Below are positions 63,478-64,000 of a stretch of 64,000 nucleotides of DNA, in pieces. The position numbers were made by a program, and so were the translations under genes. The notes below the pieces were generated by a model. The model was given only the letters and a program-made list of their open reading frames with translations, was not told the origin of the DNA and made no database searches. Origin of the DNA: Trichosphaerium sp. ATCC 40318 (Eukaryota; Protista; Tubulinea). Where the stretch lies: assembly GCA_038496445.1 (NCBI GenBank), contig JALMLS010000353.1, forward strand, positions 248,001-312,000, given 5' to 3'. Position 1 is the stretch's first letter; every line of letters begins with the position of its first letter.

Positions 63478-64000
63478 ATGAATACATTTATGCTCGCTTT
63501 AACGTTTTTGGTCGCTTTTGTATGGATTGGGAGCTGTTGCGCTTATGATCCTTCAATTCAACCCCAATGGAAAATATATGGCCAAGGCATGTACTGCGTG
63601 CGTCGGGTTTTACTTACACATGTTTTTAGGGCCTATTCTGGAACTTGTTAACAAATTCCGCTTATTTAACGTACTTTAACCTAAAAATGATAATTTAGCT
63701 AAATTTAACCTCGTACGCAGGATTCGAAGACATTTGTAGATTTACCCATGACAGGTACATGAGATGGAGCATACTTTCTTTCTTACAAAGAACAAGCGCC
63801 TCCTGCAACTATATTGGAGGCTTTTGAAGCCCTTGGTCCTAATATAACCAAGGTATTAAGCAGAATTGTACCATGAAATGTTAACGAACTTTTTACTAGC
63901 CTCATCTTGAAGCTTTCATAGCTCAATACTTTGGCAATGCTGGATCGGATCTTGTTCCTTGGACACCATCTGATTGGATACAAAATCCCGAATTCCTTGA
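63478..64000 (+). CDS. secreted trehalase (GH37), N-terminal part; continues beyond window
   Basis: Signal peptide MNTFMLALTFLVAFVWIGSCCA; spliced IYGQGPILELVNKFRLFNDSKTFVDLPM...LEAFIAQYFGNAGSDLVPWTPSDWIQNPEFL matches the GH37 N-terminal DSKTFVD and PxDWxxxPxFL motifs. Confidence 0.85.

Noticed and set aside
63783-63983. Minus-strand 66-aa ORF
   Set aside because: Antisense to trehalase exons on the plus strand.
1-64000. Alternative genetic code or stop-codon readthrough as explanation for fragmented ORFs
   Set aside because: In conserved genes (ARL8, DIS3L, S8, FAM172A) interruptions are explained by GT-AG introns; TAA, TAG and TGA all serve as terminal stops.
1-64000. Transposon or endogenous virus insertion
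   Set aside because: No transposase, reverse transcriptase, integrase, capsid or terminal repeats seen; virus-like F-box genes are isolated among ordinary intron-rich genes.

Overview
AT-rich, gene-dense eukaryotic (protist-like, plausibly amoebozoan; taxon not provable from sequence) genomic DNA with many short (~35-100 nt) GT-AG introns, so the six-frame ORF track shows only exon fragments. By splicing exons by hand I can support about 25 genes: a zinc-finger PARP-type ADP-ribosyltransferase (5'-truncated), a mitochondrial carrier, an orphan with a ubiquitin-like C-terminus, an F-box-like/MORN-variant protein, a DH-PH-PH-FYVE RhoGEF, a secreted beta-helix-like protein, a Zn(II)2Cys6 transcription factor, a 12.7-kb tandem array of four Cys-rich, probably GPI-anchored surface-protein genes, a GDSL/PLB1-like lipase, a LamG membrane protein, an S8 subtilase, FAM172A/ARB2, a metallo-beta-lactamase-fold protein, a small secreted Cys protein, an SLC43/FMP42-like MFS transporter, an atypical Ras-like GTPase, a frameshifted intronless F-box/LRR gene, an RCC1-BTB-BTB protein ending in an XRE/MBF1-like HTH, DIS3L, a TPR protein, ARL8 and a GH37 trehalase (3'-truncated). 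Most notable: (1) the four-gene surface-protein array, whose copies are patchwork mosaics of each other with divergence concentrated in one membrane-proximal domain, as expected of a diversifying recognition/antigen system; (2) at least 52 CACGTG palindromes spread through introns, spacers and exons; (3) the RCC1-BTB-BTB-HTH fusion. Exon boundaries are manual inferences; no RNA genes, CRISPR arrays or transposases were found.
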